In this document: positions 26,777-40,100 of the stretch, piece after piece | Layout: each line of letters starts with the position of its first letter | Numbering within the stretch: position 1 is the stretch's first letter | Origin: Catajapyx aquilonaris | Taxonomy: Eukaryota | Reading direction: 5' to 3' | Assembly (NCBI GenBank): GCA_000934665.2 | Contig: JYFJ02000923.1 | Span: 1-64,000, forward strand | Length of the DNA stretch: 64,000 nt | The notes under the pieces: model-generated | What the model was told of the DNA's origin: nothing | What the model saw: the letters and a program-made list of their open reading frames with translations, nothing else | The model's database searches: none | Translations under genes and position numbers: made by a program

Positions 26777-29700
26777 CAGTCACCCTGCCCGTGGGCCCGG
26801 GCGCTACGTCAAAAACTTCGTTCACTTAACAACTAACGGGGCCGTTTCGTGGGAAAGAACATTTTTGATATTTCCAGTCTTAATAAGTCTATATCGAGAC
26901 AGGGTTGAGTTCATCATATCCAGAGGGGGTTAAACAAAATGGTGGAACTTTTTTTTTTTTGCTATTTTCTAATTGATTTCATGCAGCACTCTGAGAGGAT
27001 ATTTTAAAGCCCATTGTAGCCTGTGACAAAGATGTTAATGTAAATCCATCTTCTCTTGGAAGAGCTGGAGCTGAAAGAAAAGTCTGGTAGGAAAGAGGGG
27101 GAGGGGGGGGGGTAGAGGAAAGAAGAAGAGAGATGCTCTTGATCGTATTTTGATCCAGTCGGGAGGCCAACTGAATTAGACTAAAAACCGATCTACGGGG
27201 AAGGAAAGAGCCAGTAAAGAGAAAGCCAATTCAAATTATTCTGCAAGTTGATTGAGACGATAGCAGAAGGTAGATAACCTATATCCTGCTGGAGAAATTT
27301 GAGACGGGTTTTCTCCTCTCGTTTCCTCCAAGACTCGTCTTTGGAGTTGATTTCGGATTATTTTTTTTTGCATCGTTATCGTGGCTTTGACTAATGGAAT
27401 CGTTGCTCGTCCCGCTTTTAATTAGCTTCCGAGATTCATGTTATCTAAGGAAAGACTGCGTATTGCATCTTCTGGCTCTGTCACTTTCTTGATATACGGC
27501 AGCCACATCAAGACTCAACGGACCTGCTGAGGTGAAAATGTCTTCATGGCGGTGACATAATTAAATTTCACAGATTTCCAGCTTTTACCTCACCTACACT
27601 TCTTGGTAAGCGATTTTGGAAGTTCTGTTTTTTTATTTTATTTAATATCCCAGCAGCAGAAATCTAACCAACAATGGGGCGGAATAAAAGGCTTATTCCC
27701 GCACTCTAGCCTGATGTATACGCAAGCAACTTCCCTTGAAATATGTCCACAACACTGGGCTAAGAACATTAAAAATTTATTTTAAAATGTTCATTTTTCG
27801 CTGTAAAGTTGGGTTACCGAACACACCGATGCATTCAGTGAACACATGTCATTATTCATCAGGTGTGGACTACATTGTTATTCGTGCACGTGAATAAAAC
27901 TATTCTCCTGATGCGTTACGTAATTTACTAAACAGAATCGATCATTTCAGTTCACTGCATATACAGTATATGTGTTATGCACTAGTTAGTATTTTGACAC
28001 ACTCCATGCACATTTTCATGCAGTTTCAGTTTTCAGAAACGGTCGCACAACCGCGGGTATTTTCCGGTCTCTGACGGTGGTGGCAGAATAGAACAGTGAG
28101 CACTTCTAACGTTGTTGTGTCGCATCGCCCGAAACTCCTGCCAGATAGAATATTCAGGTCGAGGGAAAGGACAGAAAATCTGAATACAGTCAGCAATCGA
28201 GTTCCTGTAATGCTTGCATGCTCCACCTAAATTTCAGGCCTAATTCATGCTTTCTAAACAAAGCGCTGAAACCATTTTTAGGAATCCACCCATGTAAATA
28301 AACATAGTATGTGGCATTGTATAAAAGTACAATATACACCTAATTTGAAAATATCCATATACTGTATACCGGTACAGTATGTATGCAAGCAGAAAATCAA
28401 CAATTTGGCTTATATTTTTCTCGCGTGAATAGCTAATTCACCGGAACAGATTTTTCTATTAATATTTTGGATCGAATTACTGTGCTTGTTACATGCAGTG
28501 AAGCAATTTTGACGAATTAAGAAGGTTATTATCAAGTGCATAATATGGGCCTTCGTGTTAGAATATCACTAAAAATATCATTGGATGAATGTTAATTTTG
28601 GCGTGTCACGCGACATCAGGTATATCCCGCAATGTTGACAAAATATTACAGTCCATATTTTAAGAGTAGACATTTTTATAGCGCATTTCATCGAAGTAAA
28701 ACGCATTTTGGCGAATTCCGTTACTTACGCGAGTTGTGCACGAACTGAATTTCCACCATCTAGCTAAACTGCTATCGTAATTAGCCCAGTGCATTATTTG
28801 CTCAATTGTTTGCGTGCCGTGTCTCGACAGATTCAATCCCACCCAATCAGGTTCGACTTTGAATTCACCCCCCTAACCGAAACCGCCATCTGTCGCCACA
28901 CTCCGCACACAAAAGCCTTCTGGCCAACCTGCAGGAAAAGAAATCCCGCACACAGAAGCACGGACTGAGAAAGTTGATCGTGGACCTCGAGGGCACATCT
29001 CGTTATTAATTCACTCCAGCAGTAAGAAGCCGAAAAAAAATCCCTAATAACGAGTCTAAAGTTGGCGAAAAGTGCAATAGTTGGCCCCTTGTTGCCTCCA
29101 TCTTCCTTCGAGTGGTTCGTCTTCTCCAGACCTCTTTTTTTCCTTTTTTCCTTGTTCCGATATTCATGTTTAAAGTCATGAATCCCCAGTCGGCACTCGG
29201 GGAAAGCCTGATGTGATGTTACGGCCAAGGGTTGGCCTGTGACTCTCTGCTCTTCATACATCTCTGGAGAGCTGTAAACATTTTCTCTCCAGCGTCGTTA
29301 AAGCCTAGCCCAAACTCTACCCCCCCCCCCCACCCCCTCCCCCGTGACCANCGTTTTCCTCTTTCTGTGGCTTCGGAGTCTCACACATTTTCATACCCGG
29401 TATCACAATGCAGTTGGAATATGCAGCACGGCGGACAGCAATAATTCAGAAGCGCTCGTTCTACGTATGCTAATTCTGAGCCAAGAAGTGTGTACAATTA
29501 GATGCGCCTCGCTGTTTTTTAATCCGTTGTTAGAGCGTATGATGCCATTTTTTTTTACATATCGTGGGCTTTATGAATCCAACTTCACACATGCGGTACC
29601 ACGCTCGCGGATAAAAAAAAGTGCCGTTTAAAATTTTTTTTTGGTGGACTGCTGCACCGCATAAAGTGTGCAATTTTTTGGCGGGGTGGAGTCATTTGCA

Positions 29701-30533
29701 AAGGGGGCGACGAGTAAGGTTAGGCAACCTATGGTTGTAGGTTGGTGCTGCTTTGCATTCTGTTGAGTTTTAAACATTGACGTTAAAGGTGGTTTTAGGC
29801 GAGATTTACGTGCAGTATGTTATGCAAGTACATGTGTATCTTTGGTATTATGGAAGCTCTAGTCGTGCTCCTAGAGGCATCAGATCGGTTGTATATACAG
29901 GGGAGTAGAGGACCGCTGGGATGTTGGAAGCACTGGATATCACCAAGGGATCTCATATATTATAATAGAATAGTTTGTTAAAAGTGTAAACTTGCACACA
30001 ATTAATGCTATAGAATGCATGAATTTATTTTCAGTGACGCGACGATCTTCCCACTTTCCCCAGCAGTTTTTATGGGAACAGCTCTTCGCCGTCAGCGAAA
30101 GCCACGTCTGCATTATAAATTACGCATCGTCCCAAAATAGCTACAGTATACTATGTAGCTGCAATATGAACTAGTGTATGAGATATTGATCAATTATTAT
30201 TAATCATTTTATTAATGAGATTACAAAAGCGAATTTTATTTCAAATCTGCCAACGTAATAAACAAGCAGCACACCAATCTTATAAGCAATTCCATAACTA
30301 CCATAACAGGCGAACATATCTCTTGTTAATCTGCATAATGCATTTTAATATTATGCAAATATAGAATCATTCTTATTATGCATGTTGTCTGAATCTACGA
30401 ATGAGGTACCGGTATATCTGCACATTTTACTTTTTCCCCAAATAATCCTCTTTGTTTGCAAAAAAAAAGGCAAATCCATTTGAGACATTAATTATTAGCT
30501 GGCACCATTTCTGATATCTCCTTTTCCTTTCTC

Positions 30534-30576
30534 ATCCATCCATCCATCCACCCATCCATCCATCTCTCCATCCATC
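30534..30576. repeat. Imperfect (CCAT)n microsatellite
   Basis: Direct reading. Confidence 0.85.
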
Positions 30577-33500
30577 AATCTCTGGTTCATCATACAGTTC
30601 CGCAGAGAGCCATTAAGAGAGAGACGAAAAGGAGGCCATGAAGACCCGCCAAGAATAGAACTGTCGGCAAATGAAGCCAATTGGGGAATAAAGATTTACA
30701 CCTCCTGGAAAAGAGCTGCATTTTTCGGACTGAAGAAAAGGAACGGGAATAAGTGAGACGCTGCAGGCGTCTTCCCAAGACTTTTTCTTCTGTACTTTTT
30801 TTCCTCTTTCACTTTCTTTTGTCTTATGCAAAATATAGACTATTTGCACAGTTTTGTGTTCGGCGGATATTTTTTTTCGAGAGAAAAAAAAATGACATGG
30901 CACTTGAATCTAAAATGTGGCATTTTTTTTTTTGCTGGAATTTGAGGGTTGATGAACTCTTTAAAAAGATGGCACAGCGCATCAATGGCCTGGGAAAAAG
31001 TCACACTTTGGGCGCAATCTGAATATTGATACGGCATGGAAAAGTTTTTAATTAAGAGAAGTCAGGATGGTGCGCAGTATCAAATGCAGAGAATCTTTTT
31101 TCACTGCCCTTGCATAAAGAAGGAGGTTTTTTTTTCGACTCCCGGGAGCGCAATATCCCTGGCAAAATTAAGGTCGATAATATCTGGCTTTCTAAGTGTT
31201 TAATTAGTCCGGAGTGATACGAACTTTTCGAAGGAAAATTCATTGTCCTGTAAATGGGCCGTAGGCCGGCAAATAAAGACGCCTTTGCCTTGAGAACAAA
31301 TGAAATAAAACTAAGCATCCCAAAGTTCAAGATTTGGGAAGAAAGATTGCGAGCGTATCTAGAGGGAAAATCTAGTTTAGAGAGAATGCAGAGGCCACAC
31401 AGACCTGGTAGAATATTTATTACAATTGGAAATTAAAAGTCTATTACTTTGAAGTTGTTTCACTAGTTTTATTTTGTCCCTACGGGCTTCTGGGTATTTC
31501 CAGTCCTTGTAGTATGGCCAGGTATATGGAGAGGCAGCCTCTAATCTTATACAGCGACCCCTTAAAAGTTATGGGAATTAACTTTACTCGCAATAACTTA
31601 ATGTGTTATGAACGTGTGCATTTGTCGTAAGGAACACGCCTGATGCTGCGAATAATTTAAAACGATATTTGTAATTAATCATGCTGACTAATAACTTGGA
31701 GATGAAGCTGAGCCCGTTCGTTTTGCTTGGGAATATTAGAATTTGTGATCTGGTAACTTTCCGTAATAACTCTTAAATGAAATATCTACTAATTTCTCGT
31801 ATTAATATTACTTTACACCTTGGTTATAAGCTACTGCGATATTACGATAAACACATAAACTACACAATAATTGTCATGTACGATCCAGATTTTGCCAGAC
31901 TGATATACGGTAGACTACCTAACTATACGTAAAATATTTAAAACAAGAACGTATGGTTTTAGGGAACAGTTATCAATATCGCTGTACAGTAATGTATAGT
32001 TAGATTCTATATAACATCCCTAATTCCGTAATGTGCCTTTGTGCCACAAAACCCTAATCCAATCTAATCCATAACGCGGGTGGGTGTGAGAGTAGGAAAC
32101 TCTAGCCGCTACGGGATTATTATTAATTTACTTGCTTTCACCTGAAATTCGAGGGTTTATTAACTTATGCGATGTTAAACCACAAATATGCACTTCGTAT
32201 GATGGCTTGCTTGTAGCCTATAAGGTATGTAGGCCTATATGAGAAGATAAGGGGTGACGCAGCAGACAACATTCAGCTTAAGTGTCACATAGGCCTGTTT
32301 ATTGCCGGAGTACAGTACCAATACTTCTGGTACAAATGTAAAAGCCTGAAATACTGTCACATAAATTCAATTCACTTAGAGTCTTAGACTATGTGTAAAT
32401 ATGTGCACTGTACATTCCAATCATGATCTTCGTCTGGTCACTCCCACTTATCACCTGCCGGGGCGTTTTGCATGAGTGCTCACTTGAGAGCGCCATGAGA
32501 CAGCTTTTCACTGAACCGATATCACCGCGAAGTGTGTATAGTCTATACGCTGACAGCAACCAACTGTATAAATAAACAGAAATGATTTTTTTTGTTAACC
32601 ATTACGATATTAATTTTTAGTCAGATTTCGCTACTGCTCATATAGGCTATACAGCATTTAAGCATGAAATGTAAAAACACTGCATATCGAATGTTCCACC
32701 GGTCCCCTAGTTTTCAAAATATTAGCCTACCAATGAAAGATAAACAATCACCATCGCGATGCCCATGTTCATATACTGCGTACTGTGTTACAAAATGTCA
32801 GGACTCTGTTACGCAAGTTTTCCACCCGCTTGTATTTGCACATAAAAAATGTAAAGGTACAGTACAATAGCCTAGCGCAATTTCAGCTTGTGGCCATGCT
32901 GCACAGTGTGGCCAGATCCCTAGCTAGAAATGAAAAGCGAACGGATGCAACAGATGAATTCCAGTCCCCCGGTGCTTTGTTGGCACGGGCAAGCAAAGGG
33001 CCGTCGTCTTCGGAGCCTCCACTCTAGATAATTCCAAACGGGGGGGCCCCCCTTATATCCAGACCATTATTCTGCTGGGAACAATGAGCGCCCATAAATA
33101 ATTGGGTCGAAATGAGGAAACATTTCTGTAATTAGTGCCCACGTATAAATTACCACAGCTGCCTTGTAAAGGCGCTGCAAAATGGCAACGGTGTGCTGGA
33201 AGGGCCTTTTATAAATGCCCTTAAACTTTGGGCATGAGTGCATAAGGAGAATATTAATATTATATTTATACGTTCGCAACTTGCTCGTTTCAGCTGCCCT
33301 CTCTCAATTTCGTAATATTGAATGCCCACATAGTTCATATTTTGAACATATGTCAATTAATCTCATTTTACACACTTTCAAATCCGGCTATAACTCTTTT
33401 GCATCTGCTCAGTATGAAGGATATTTAGAGCGCTATTAATTGGGATACTAGCATTATAACGAATAGCGCCAGAGGCTACGTCACGCGGGGCTTACTCGCA

Positions 33501-34399
33501 TCATTAATTTGGTTGTTGGATTTAAAATGTCTGCAATGTAATGGAAGATTCTGTCCGTCAATCCTATCTATCACACTGAAAATTTAATTTCGCCCGCACA
33601 TAAGCTTAATGCGACAATTTGCACCTGAGCTGGACCATATATATCTGGGTCATTTCACTGTATCCATAATTTTAAAAAATATATATATTCACCCGAATAT
33701 TTTGAGATAGCTGGCTTGAAACATCCCTGCCCCGGTCAAGAGCCAAATTGCCCACAAAGAATTACGTTGCCCTGTCAGCCTGTTTAGCAATATTAGCCAT
33801 TATGGGTTGCCTCTAATTGCTGCAGGACAAACAAGTTTGCATTCATTACGTGCGGCGGCTTGTGTGTGCCCAATCACCCAAGTCCTAAATCCGACCACAT
33901 TTTTGAGGTTTACCCTCGCAGTTTAAACCCCCCCCCCCCCCAAAAAAAAATGAAATTTGAATATTATGCGTGCTTCGTCTTCATCTATAGAAACAAAAAA
34001 AGGGTTAACTGCGAATCGGCGCAATAAGGCTCCGGAAGATTAGTTATCTAAGCGGTGCAGTTTGTGCTAATAAAGGAGTCCATTTGTCATGCTCATATTC
34101 GGTGGGAGGAGAGCTTTTGGAATTGGTAACCAAAATCCAGCTCGGCCTCTCTCCATTTGGCTAAAACGAGAGAAAACTCAAGTGCCCGATGAAATTACCT
34201 CCTCGGAAGATTGATTATGATTTTTAATGAGCGGAACGCCTCTTTTTTTTGTTTGTCGCACGCTTTTCATTCAGAGGCCTCCAAAAGGAAACGTATGTTC
34301 ACCTTTTTTTCCAAACCAGTATGGCGGTTCCTGGAAAGAATTAAGGAATATTAGAGTTGACTATCGTTAATCGTCGTCTACGTATAGTTAACTGTTGGG

Positions 34400-34486
34400 T
34401 TTTCGACATTGCTTCTACATTTTTGACATTGACATTTTGACATTTGACATTTTTGACATTGTCGACATTGCTCCTACATTTTTGAC
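34400..34486. repeat. Array of short degenerate TTGACAT(T) repeats
   Basis: About ten irregularly spaced (TT)GACATT/TACATT motifs. Confidence 0.7.
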
Positions 34487-36300
34487 TTGTATTATAGCCC
34501 AACAAGTACTTTGGTGGGAGACTGACTTGAAGTTCTGACTCATCCGGTAGCCTATAATACTGTAATTTGCAAATATATCCAACACTGCTACTTTCATATT
34601 GTCCGTATTCTACCAAAGACCCTATTAAGTAATAGGGTGTTTGTTATATCCCAGTGAAAACACCAGGATTTTGGATGTGGAGCGGACTTTTGGAAAAATC
34701 AACACAGGTTATATTGAGCTACTGCGCATTACTAATATCGATATTCGATCAGATATTTCCAGCACTACCTTACACCTTACTACTTAAAGTCAGGGTTCGG
34801 CATTTCGGAAAGTTTGCTCAAAAATTACATATTATAATCACCGACTTAGAATATCTGGTTAATTTCAGTAACAAAAGTAACATGAGCTTAAAATGTCACG
34901 TCAAAGACGATTTTTTTTTGTTGGTGATGGACATCATGCTTGTACTGTACTGTACTTGTAGTAGGCCTACACGTGCGCCGTTAGCCGAGAGATGTCGAAA
35001 AGAATAAAGAACAAAGAGGCCATGCAGCCGACGCGACGCAAGGTTCGTTTCAAATGTTGTGAATCACTCAAGCTGCCGTTTGGTTAACCCGTATTTACCA
35101 ACACGTTCCTAAATTCTGGTCCATGACGTCATAGGTATACGATCTGGTCACCTGTAAACAAGGTAGGTCACTTTTTAAACGTGGCCAAGGAACGACGTTC
35201 ATTTGTCTCCTGGTTGCCCCCCGTTGTTTACTTTTGTTTAACGTTCCATTTTCTGCTGTTGTTGAGTCGAGTCAAGTCGTTGCGTCCAGGGAGAGACAAA
35301 AGTTCCTAGAAATCTGTCCTAGAAAGGGCGTTTCACGTCATTCGACGCTGTATCTCATCACTGGTAGTCGATAGGTCAATCAAGGATCATAAAGTTCATT
35401 GAAAAAGGTAAAGCAAAGGTAAGAAAGGTAAGAAAGGTACTAGGCCTGCCGATAGGGTAGGCGTCCACTGTGCAGTAGTCGACTCTGCAGCTAACAAACT
35501 ACGGCATAGTAATTTTTCTTGTAATATATCTAATCAGGCATATTGATATCAAATGCCAGCAGCTGTCATTGCAGGAAGGGGAATAGGGTGACACAAAAAA
35601 ATGAAAACGCGACTTTGCCAAGCTAGGTTCAGAAAACAAAATAGTTTTTCAAAAATATTTTGTGACATGTACAAAAATACACTGCTTATAATTCAAGGAA
35701 TATCGAGACTTTTAACCATTTGCTGCATTTATGTCATTTTCATCACTTAACCAAGTCTACTGTACATTAATAGCCTACTACATTCTGGGCGTTCCATAAA
35801 GCTCTTGCTACTGTCAGATGGTGTCACGACATAAACAGTAGAGTAGCAGCTGCAAATAACCTCTCCCATACGGGTTGCAGATTACAGCTTCCTTGAAATC
35901 ATGCAGGTGGACACTTATTAAAACCCCGGGGTCTAGGTCATTGACCTTTTCACAGGTGGGCCCCTTTTCGCGACGGCCAATATATCGATTTTATTAGTGG
36001 GATCTGGAATAATAATTGCTACTCAGAAAGTTACGTGGCTTTAGAAAGCTGCTTATTCGAACACATTTGTCAGTTTTCCTCCTTTCTTACCACTTACATA
36101 AACTGGGTAAATTACTGTAGTTATAAATCTCATACATCAAGATTTTGTACAACTAATATAATATTTCGGGTAGGAAATTTGGCAAAGTCGCGTATCAATT
36201 TGTTTGTGACGGTCGTGACTGCTATTCTTTCCCTGCAAGGACCGTACATATACATCAGCACTATAGTGAGGCTCTTTGTACAGGTTAAAAGACGTCAGGT

Positions 36301-36666
36301 ATGGGAGACCATACGTATGCCATGTCACCACCTACGAGGCCAATAAATGGTCTGTGTGACGAAGCCTGGTTATCTTCCGGAGAAAGGGTCCCAGAAAGCC
36401 CCCAGGGAGAAACAGGAAGCCGAGATATGCCAGTACCCCTTCCAGGCACCCCTCCTCCTCAGAACACCAATGGTCCTACCCAGAACACCAATGGTCCTAC
36501 CCCGAACACCAATGGTCCTACCCAGAACACCAATGGTCCTGCCCAGAACACCAATGGTCCTGCCCAGAACACCAATGCTCCTGCCCAGAACACCAACAGT
36601 CCTTCCCAGAACACCAACCGTGCTTCCCAGAACACTGGTAATCCTGTGGAGAGGGCTCTCGAGTAG
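36301..36666 (+). CDS. Possible small ORF (121 aa) with QNTNGP[T/A] heptapeptide repeats
   Basis: ATG 36301, stop TAG 36664-36666, AATAAA 36706-36711. The open frame may simply reflect the stop-free minisatellite. Confidence 0.25.
   Translation: MGDHTYAMSPPTRPINGLCDEAWLSSGERVPESPQGETGSRDMPVPLPGTPPPQNTNGPTQNTNGPTPNTNGPTQNTNGPAQNTNGPAQNTNAPAQNTNSPSQNTNRASQNTGNPVERALE
36460..36636. repeat. 21-bp minisatellite, ~8.4 units
   Basis: Unit CAGAACACCAATGGTCCT(A/G)CC, drifting progressively towards the 3' end. Confidence 0.95.
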
Positions 36667-36877
36667 AGCTTTGGTTAATTATAACTTGTGGAATGAGGCA
36701 TGAGAAATAAAAGTATGTTACGTTAAAACTGGAACAGCACAATGAACTACCCCAAAATTAACAAGCACCAATAGCATATTGCTAAACAAGTACGAGAAAG
36801 CCACTTTTTATAATAACCAAAAGAAATAGCAGTTGGAGTTAGGCCACTTTTGAATTCAGCACTGCAGCGAAGATTAA

Positions 36878-37158
36878 CCCTGGAACCGTGACGTACCTGA
36901 AAGTTACGCTAACCGTGACGTGGGGTCTTTTAGGATCCCATCCATATTTTAATTTTTTAAAATTTTTATATAATATTTTCAATGTATTGACTATATGCAA
37001 TCACTCTTTGAACAATGCCTAAAATGATCGCTAATTCAAAATAAACATGCACTTCCTGTTATATACTTTTTAAAATGGCAACAGTTAATTGTAATTATAA
37101 TTTTAATGCATTTTAATTCCTTTGGGGTCCTAAAAGATCGCACGTCACGGTTCCAGGG
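36878..37158. mobile_element. piggyBac-type MITE
   Basis: TTAA on both sides (36874-36877, 37159-37162), perfect 17-bp TIR CCCTGGAACCGTGACGT, and an asymmetric subterminal repeat (36911-36940 vs 37122-37152). AT-rich interior. Confidence 0.9.
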
Positions 37159-40100
37159 TTAACTACAGTTTTACGACTGTTCATTTCACCACGTTACCAT
37201 TACATCAGCATTCAAAAAATTGAAAAAAATTGAAAGCTTATTAATTTATTCGTACTCCAACAGTTGTGATTTGATATCGGCTTACACAGCTTACCAGCAC
37301 ATAGGCTTAGTGTTGATTTAACACTATATCTGAAAGCTCCGAGGGCGTGGAAACGAGGCAGATACGGCAGAATTAGATGGATGTATACCATCCGAAATGA
37401 TTCGTTTGTTAGGCTCAGTTTGGGCTGCAAGTTTGCGCCCCCCTTGGATTCCACCAGAGTTTATAGACGCAAACAAGCAGACTTGGAGTTGACATTGGGT
37501 GTCTCATGCCTATATGAGCAGGGAACTGAGTTATAGAGTCGGAACCAGCCCTGTAGGGGATAGAGGAAATGTAATCACCGTGACAGCTACGCAGCAACTC
37601 TAACCTGAAATCTACCTTCGGAAAAATATTTTTTTTTAATGGCGTAAAATATGACGAAGATTTATGGCCCTTGACTTCAATGTCCATCACAAGTCAGGGA
37701 GGTCATTTATCACCCTGTATGCGGTCACATATGTCCCTCCCCGTGCATTCATGGAGAAGCTGGACCGAAGTGTTTATACCGCGTTTACCACCCATCATCG
37801 CAACTTTTTTTTAAATGCAAAAAAACCATTTTTGTAAATATTGTTGCGTTCCTGCATAACAATGCTAATGTCATACATAATGCTATAGTTCATATGTCAA
37901 AATATAGGTTGAATCCAGCCACTGCCATCATTTGGTAAGCAGAAGAGGGTTTTCATCATCGCCTGGTTTGACAGGTATTTCAGGTAGAAAAATGCTGCCC
38001 AATCGTAATTCCAGCCCTGTCAGTAATCCCTCAACCTGCCATTGCATTGGAGGGAACGCTCTGAATATCCTATTAGCCCTATTTTGAACAGAAAGATGAG
38101 CAATTCAGTAGTTCCAGCTCGAAATCAGAACTGCTCGCTATGCATGGAGACAAATCGAGGTATTCTTGATATACCAATTCTGGCAGTCATATAGAGCAGT
38201 AGAAGCAGGGTATGAAAACTTGAGCCGTAGGTAATTCGTGGCATTCCAGGCTTTGAAAAGCGGTGGGGTCTGCGAGTAAACAATTACAGCTGAGGTGTGC
38301 AATAAAAGGCTGCCGCCTGGCAGACGTGCAGGCCTCTAATTTCCCTTGAAGGCAAGATGGATACAGTGTCGTAAAGTAGGAAATGGAACCACATTCTGCC
38401 AGAGAAGAGGATGTTGTTGGGTGGCTCTGAGAGTTTGGAAGCGCACCTGGCAAGCATTGCAACATCGCCCAAATGCCACCGACTTATCCCGTTTTATTCA
38501 AGGGCTATGAAAAATGGAGGGAGCCCGGGATTATGAGCCATTTTGGGCCCAATCGATCAAGATCTGAGGCTAGGCCCAGACTCGTTTTTGGTAATGAGAA
38601 GAAAACTGCGCACCTGATACTGGCTAATGGAAAAAGTTGGTTGCTACTCATGCCAGGGTTTGCTGGAGCGAGAGGTGTATGTTGTCCATTATAAACACGG
38701 TTCACGAGGCTGTTTTCTGTCGAAAAATCGACCGTGAACGAAAACGTGAAACATGGTTCCAACAGTGCGCATGCGTTGAAGCAAAGAGGTGGAGACAGGC
38801 TGCGTCGCTATTGGCTGAAGCAAATGAAGTTGCCATGGCTGTGCCATGGTTGCCATATGAGAGCCAGAGGATGAAGTTGTGGGATTAGGACCGGCTAGTT
38901 TTTGGTGGTAAGTTGCTAGACTGGCGAAGGAATTCTATGGCATAGTAGGCGTTTTGTAGGAAATAAGAGAGAGGTTGGTTTTGGGGACGGTAGTATTCCA
39001 GCTTCCTGCTGGAGCCGAGCAGGATAATTTTGTGCCGGGCCGTCATTATTCTGCTGGCACGCCATTTCCTCTTCCGGGAAAGCACCGGATTTCCCCTTCC
39101 TCCGTATTTTCACCTCCCTCGCCCCCTACCCCAACCTGCCAGCCTGCCCTCCAGCGCCCCGAAATGCCATCGCTTGCCCTTTTATAACCCTTCCATCCAC
39201 CCCTACACAAAAAGAGACCGCCTCTGGAGTACTATACCTATATAGGCCTACCGGCTGCGCTCACAATCACCCCCGGATGCTCAGATTTGCAGTGGGCTAT
39301 TATTTCACTCACTATCCTCACTTTGAAAACCATGGATGGACTATATCATCATGGCGGACCGCCAGTTTGGACACACACACAAAAACGTGTAAATAATTTG
39401 TAAGCGCGACCTCAGGAATTGCCTGATTCCTGACCATCCTTTCGGAATTGGGTTTCACTTTTGAACTGGGTTTTTGCATGGGTTGGTTGTTTTTTTGGGG
39501 GGAGAATTTATCCCTAGTTTTGTGAATATTCATTTTCAGTGGACCCCTGCATTGGCGTTGGTGAGGTAATGAGCGGTCGCAAATCAGTTGGGATAGGATA
39601 TTATTTAGTAATGAGGCCTGAGCCCCATACAGATTCAGGGTGGATTTTGAAGCATTTTAAAATGTACATGTGACTAGTACAATATCATCAGTGACCTCTA
39701 TCCAGAATGAGGAATTTACTCAAAGCCACGAAATCTAATAAAGGCGTCATTCTGACCATACTACTGACGGCAATTTTGGGAAGCGATAGACAAGCCTCTC
39801 CAAAATGGATTTTTCTGGCTGGCTGTAGTATGGTGTGTGAATGAGGGAAATAATGTTTTCCAGGCAAACGCATGGTCATTTCCTGCTAGTTCAATCCAAC
39901 GGACGGAATTGGCGATGCGTGGAGGGCGATTTGGGAGGATGGCGGCTACATGCGCTCAAATGAAAGAGTTCCGTGTCGAAAAGGGAAATTTGCTATTGGC
40001 TTTTTTTTTTGTTAGGTGCAAGTCTGTTCCTTTTTTCCCCCTGTATGTTGTGAAAGACAATCTGGTCTCCCATTTTGGAGAATTTGAGCGCTTTACTGCA

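Noticed and set aside
26478..26933. 151-aa ORF, and the similar peptide at 41705-41959
   Set aside because: Both overlap family-A SINE copies, and the 26478 ORF has a non-ATG start.
36460..36636. Regular repeat considered as a CRISPR-like array
   Set aside because: Units are contiguous with no unique spacers, and the context is eukaryotic with no cas genes.
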